Assembly (NCBI GenBank): GCA_016722565.1
Contig: JADKIU010000007.1
Coordinates: forward strand, 303,679 to 367,678
DNA from: Bacteroidota bacterium
GTDB taxonomy: Bacteria; Bacteroidota; Bacteroidia; 2-12-FULL-35-15
Direction of reading: 5' to 3'
Length of the DNA: 64,000 nt
Shown in pieces: positions 60,114 through 64,000 of this stretch (positions within the stretch are counted from its first letter, which is position 1; the number at the start of each line of letters is the position of its first letter). The translations under genes and the position numbers were made by a program. The notes below the pieces were generated by a model. It worked only from the letters and a program-made list of their open reading frames with translations, was not told where the DNA came from and searched no databases.

Positions 60114-61664
60114 CTACTTCATTCCGGCAGTTTCTTCTACAATCACTCTAAATGGTACACGTTGCACCTTGCTTTCTGCCCAAGCAATAAAATCAAAATA
60201 CTCAAAGGCAGCCCGCTCAAATGAATCTGATTTTAATTCAATCAATGCCGTTTTTAACTCTTTATAATATTTATTCTGCTCCTCTCGCTTTGTGGTTTTT
60301 AAAATCTTACCAATGAACTCCATAAATACCGTTTCAAATTTATAAACGCGCTTACGAGAGCTTAAATAACGATAAACACTCTTAAAAGCATGCGGAACAA
60401 AATCATCGTGTTTTAACTCTATATGAATAATTAAACTCATAATTTGAGCAAAACAATAGATATTCTCACTCTCCTCAAAATTCGGACTATTCAATAATTT
60501 ATTAATCCATTTTAATGCTTGAGAATATTTTTCAGCACCGAAAAACATAGCAGACATTCCAAAATAAAAATAGGTTTCACGCAACTTTGTAAACTTGCCC
60601 GGATACTTTGACAACTTCTCCTCAATTTTAGGAGCCAATTCAATCCCTTTTTCAAACTCTCCTGTTTGCATATAAATCGACAACTCAATACTCGTTGCAC
60701 TTGAGAATAATTTCACCTCCAAATCCTCATTCTTTCCATTTTCAAATTGAACCAAGGCCAAACGCAATTTCTTTAAACTAGCATACACTTCCTTGTACTT
60801 CTTTAACTGACTCCCCACATAAATTTCATTTGTTAACACCGAAAAATAAATATTTGGCTCCTCTTTAAAAATATCCGGATACGTTTCAATCAGCTGAACA
60901 TTTTTAACTAAGTTTTCATAACTCTTCTTATAATCACCAATACCAAAATAATAGGCGCTATAAATGTGAAAAAACAAGTACCGTGTTTCTGTGGACAAAG
61001 CCTTGTCTTCACCTTTCAATAAGGTATTATCAATAATTTTTTTAAAGCGCAGCAACTCCTCCGAATTTCGAACCTTTCCCTGTGTATTCAAGATGGCAAA
61101 AAAACGACTCTTGATATTCCAGTACTCATTAAAATTGTTGATTTTTTCACTAATCAATTGATCCGCTTCCAGCATTTTTAAAATATCTGCATCGTTCTTT
61201 CCTGAATAATTTTCAGTCTCTACTAATTTCTTTTCCCACAAACTAATCTCTAACAAGGAAGAATGTCGCTCAAAACGGATAGCTACCTTTTTCGCACTCG
61301 ACAACATTTTCGCACATTGCTCATACAGTGTTTTTTTATACAATATTTCTGCGCAATGCAAATCTCTTTTCAATTGAGCATCAATTGAACTTCCAGAATG
61401 AAATGCAGTTAAACTATTCATCACAACATCGTATAACCTGGCCTTGGTAATTGAAAATTTATTGATAAAGGATTCTTTTTTAAATTGTTTTAAAAGAGCT
61501 GCTTCATCATATTCCTTTTGCTTGTCGATTGCTTCGAACAAAATCACATAATTATTCTTTTCACCGATGGTATGGCGGGAAGCATATAAACTAAAATATC
61601 GTTTCTCCGATTTATTGAGTGATTTTATCAGTTTGAACAAATGATCTGAAGCTACGTTTGACAT
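60114..61664 (-). CDS. hypothetical all-alpha (TPR-like) protein, possibly regulatory
   Basis: Track ORF 60114..61709. I take the probable start as MSNVASDHLFKLIK at 61664. About 516 aa. No family recognised. Confidence 0.55.
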   Translation of the reverse strand: MSNVASDHLFKLIKSLNKSEKRYFSLYASRHTIGEKNNYVILFEAIDKQKEYDEAALLKQFKKESFINKFSITKARLYDVVMNSLTAFHSGSSIDAQLKRDLHCAEILYKKTLYEQCAKMLSSAKKVAIRFERHSSLLEISLWEKKLVETENYSGKNDADILKMLEADQLISEKINNFNEYWNIKSRFFAILNTQGKVRNSEELLRFKKIIDNTLLKGEDKALSTETRYLFFHIYSAYYFGIGDYKKSYENLVKNVQLIETYPDIFKEEPNIYFSVLTNEIYVGSQLKKYKEVYASLKKLRLALVQFENGKNEDLEVKLFSSATSIELSIYMQTGEFEKGIELAPKIEEKLSKYPGKFTKLRETYFYFGMSAMFFGAEKYSQALKWINKLLNSPNFEESENIYCFAQIMSLIIHIELKHDDFVPHAFKSVYRYLSSRKRVYKFETVFMEFIGKILKTTKREEQNKYYKELKTALIELKSDSFERAAFEYFDFIAWAESKVQRVPFRVIVEETAGMK

Positions 61665-62065
61665 GTATATTAATAAGATAAATAATTTTGAAACGAATTC
61701 AACAAACAATGTCTATTCACCATTTTTTATATTCCTACCTCCAACCCAAAGAGTAAATATTTGCCTTTATTTTTAATACTTACAAAGATTAAATTCACTA
61801 GACATATATCTAAATTACTTACAATTTATGAGATATCATAGGATATTGATGAATATTTTAAACTAAAAATGAACATTAGACATGTATATATATCAGAAAA
61901 ATCGAAAAAGAGGTTCACGTGTATACTTTTAAAACACAACTATTCAACAATATCAATACATAGAGACACATAACAAAGAATTAGACATATATACTATTAA
62001 CCGAATCCCTAAATTTTACCCCTTGTTTCTACCATAGCTTTGTACCAGTTAAATGCTTTGGCTCG

Positions 62066-62150
62066 GCTTGTTGCATGAAACATGGGGATGTTGTTCGGCA
62101 ACAAGCTAAGCTAGGGCTAACTAAAAAAGACAAAGAAACAACCACTAATG
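62066..62150 (+). promoter_or_regulatory. conserved upstream element, copy B (the core at 62079-62094 sits inside a 9-bp inverted repeat at 62065-62073 and 62097-62105)
   Basis: Same 16-mer as copy A. It is followed by CTAACTAAAAAAGACAAAGAAAC, similar to TTAACTCAAAAAGAAAACAAA in copy A. Confidence 0.3.
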
Positions 62151-62257
62151 ACAAAAAGAGAACCGCTTAATAGTTAAGACTCGAATACAACAACTATAAA
62201 ATTTAAATTCACGTAACACGCCTACAGAATCATCCCTCCATTATAAAATCAAATGCA

Positions 62258-64000
62258 ATGAAAAAATATACGCTTATCATCCTTCTCGCTATTGTGAGCT
62301 TTTCTTTAAAAGCGCAATCTTATGTAACCATCCCCGATTCAGGCTTTGTTTATTGGTTAACAGTAAACATCCCATCGGCCATGGTAGGTAACCAGATGGA
62401 TACAAGTAACGCAGCCATCACAAACTTAACTGCAATGGATGTCTCCTCAAAATGTATTAAAGATTTAAATGGTATTCAATACTTTACTTCTTTGAAAAAT
62501 TTAAATTGTACAAATAATAAAATTGATACTTTATTAAATTTACCTGATTCATTACAATCACTTATCTGTGGAGCAAATTGGTTGACATTTATAATGGAAC
62601 TTCCAGATTCGGTAACCTATTTTGATTGCACCCAAAACCAATTAGACAGCTTACCGCCCTTACCAATAAATTTAGTTTATTTCGATTGTCATAATAATTC
62701 TTTGAGAAGCTTACCTACTTTACCTAATTCGTTACTTTATTTTGATTGCTCAGGTAACCAATTAACAAGCTTACCTAGTTTACCATCATTTTTACCCAAA
62801 TTAAATTGTGCAGAAAATCAACTTACAAACCTTCCATTGCTACCCAATACAATTACATCTATTTATTGTGAAAACAATTATTTAGATAGTTTACCCACAT
62901 TACCTTTGACTTTAGATACTTTAAGTTGTGGTTATAATCAACTAACAAGCCTTCCATCACTACCAAATTCAATAACTGATTTGGAATGTTACTATAATCA
63001 ACTGACAAGTTTACCATCTTTACCATCTTCTTTGATAACCTTAGTTTGTGGAGGCAACTTATTAACTAGTCTTCCAACATTACCAAGCTCACTTGTAACA
63101 TTAAAATGTTACTCAAATCAATTAACAATCTTACCGGCTTTGGCTGGCACACTTTCTTTCTTAGATTGTAGCAGCAACTTAATTACTAATCTACCTGCTT
63201 TAGCTGGCTCGTTAACTTATTTAGATTGTAGTATCAATCAGATTACTAACCTTCCTGCATTAACCGGTTTAATTCAATACATCAATTGTTCAAATAATTT
63301 TTTGACACTTCTACCTACTTTACCAGGATCATTAGCACACCTAAATTGCGCCTATAATTCCTTGATCGATTTACCCGTGCTGCCAAGTGCACTTTCTTTT
63401 TTAGATTGTTCCTATACATCATTAGATAGTCTTCCGGTATTACCAAGCTCGCTTGTCCACCTAGATTGTTCAAACAATTCTCTTACAAATCTTCCTGTCT
63501 CAATAAATTCTGTTAGTGAATTATTCTGTCAAAACAACCTTTTAACTAGTCTTCCAATATTGTCAAACTCAATGTATGCATTAGTATGCAGCAACAATAA
63601 TATTAATTGCTTTGAAGAATTTCCAACAACACTATTTTGGTTTGATATTTCAAATAACCCAATTGCCTGTTTACCTAATTATATCCCTGCTATGGATGCA
63701 GCAATTTTATTGTTCCCATTGTGCATCACCGGTGATTTAATAAACAATCCATTTGGTTGCACAGGAGCTGAAGGTGTTGTAGGCTATACCTACACCGATA
63801 TGAATTCAAATTGTATGAAAGATACATTGGACGGAAATCTTACAAATATCCCAGTACAACTTTTCGATAGCACAGGAACATATTTAGGCCAAACGTATAC
63901 TGCAATAAATGGAGTGTATCACTTTCCCGAATCAATGGGAACTTATGAAGTTCGGGTTGACACAACTGGAATGCCCATTAGCCCGCAATGTTCTAGTCCA
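62258..64000 (+). CDS. leucine-rich-repeat (LRR) secreted protein. This is the N-terminal part; it continues past the window end.
   Basis: Signal peptide MKKYTLIILLAIVSFSLKAQ, then more than 20 tandem 22-aa repeats of the form L.xLxCxxNxLTSLPxLPxS. The frame is open to the last base of the window. Confidence 0.75.
   Translation, partial: MKKYTLIILLAIVSFSLKAQSYVTIPDSGFVYWLTVNIPSAMVGNQMDTSNAAITNLTAMDVSSKCIKDLNGIQYFTSLKNLNCTNNKIDTLLNLPDSLQSLICGANWLTFIMELPDSVTYFDCTQNQLDSLPPLPINLVYFDCHNNSLRSLPTLPNSLLYFDCSGNQLTSLPSLPSFLPKLNCAENQLTNLPLLPNTITSIYCENNYLDSLPTLPLTLDTLSCGYNQLTSLPSLPNSITDLECYYNQLTSLPSLPSSLITLVCGGNLLTSLPTLPSSLVTLKCYSNQLTILPALAGTLSFLDCSSNLITNLPALAGSLTYLDCSINQITNLPALTGLIQYINCSNNFLTLLPTLPGSLAHLNCAYNSLIDLPVLPSALSFLDCSYTSLDSLPVLPSSLVHLDCSNNSLTNLPVSINSVSELFCQNNLLTSLPILSNSMYALVCSNNNINCFEEFPTTLFWFDISNNPIACLPNYIPAMDAAILLFPLCITGDLINNPFGCTGAEGVVGYTYTDMNSNCMKDTLDGNLTNIPVQLFDSTGTYLGQTYTAINGVYHFPESMGTYEVRVDTTGMPISPQCSSP

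Overview
This reads as a low-GC chromosomal segment from a Bacteroidota genome, most like Flavobacteriia or Cytophagia. I infer this from the many proteins with C-terminal type IX secretion system (T9SS) sorting domains (CTDs), the 'MKK' signal peptides, the PorP/SprF gene, a histidine kinase with two-component regulator propeller repeats, and A-rich start contexts without Shine-Dalgarno sequences.

Housekeeping genes I could assign: pdxA, pepA (frameshifted), a radical-SAM MqnC/MqnE-like gene, ribE, metF, lepA, nadB, an Nfu/NifU gene, the long-form ispG, a sufA-sufB-sufC-sufD operon, thiL and an EamA transporter.

The accessory content is dominated by at least 11 T9SS cargo genes:
- proteins built from PKD, SBBP and leucine-rich repeats (LRR);
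- a PSCyt1-like CXXCH module;
- a 1056-aa PKD adhesin with a type-B CTD that is cotranscribed with PorP/SprF and an OmpA-family gene.

Other gene content: two TonB-dependent receptors (one frameshifted), an ECF sigma / putative anti-sigma pair, a LytS-like kinase with a LytTR response regulator, and a GT2 / hypothetical / GT-C (GT39-like, with an in-frame TGA) glycosylation-type cluster.

The most unusual noncoding features:
- a roughly 220-bp tandem array of about 3.7 copies downstream of lepA, preceded by an inverted partial copy of the unit;
- a perfect 26-bp inverted repeat upstream of a TonB receptor gene;
- a conserved element found about 178 nt upstream of two separate genes;
- a thrice-repeated TAGACATATATA-like motif.

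Three genes are disrupted (two -1 frameshifts and one in-frame TGA). No gene in the window ends with an unambiguous TGA stop.

All assignments come from reading the translated ORFs and the DNA by eye. No database searches or computations were run.
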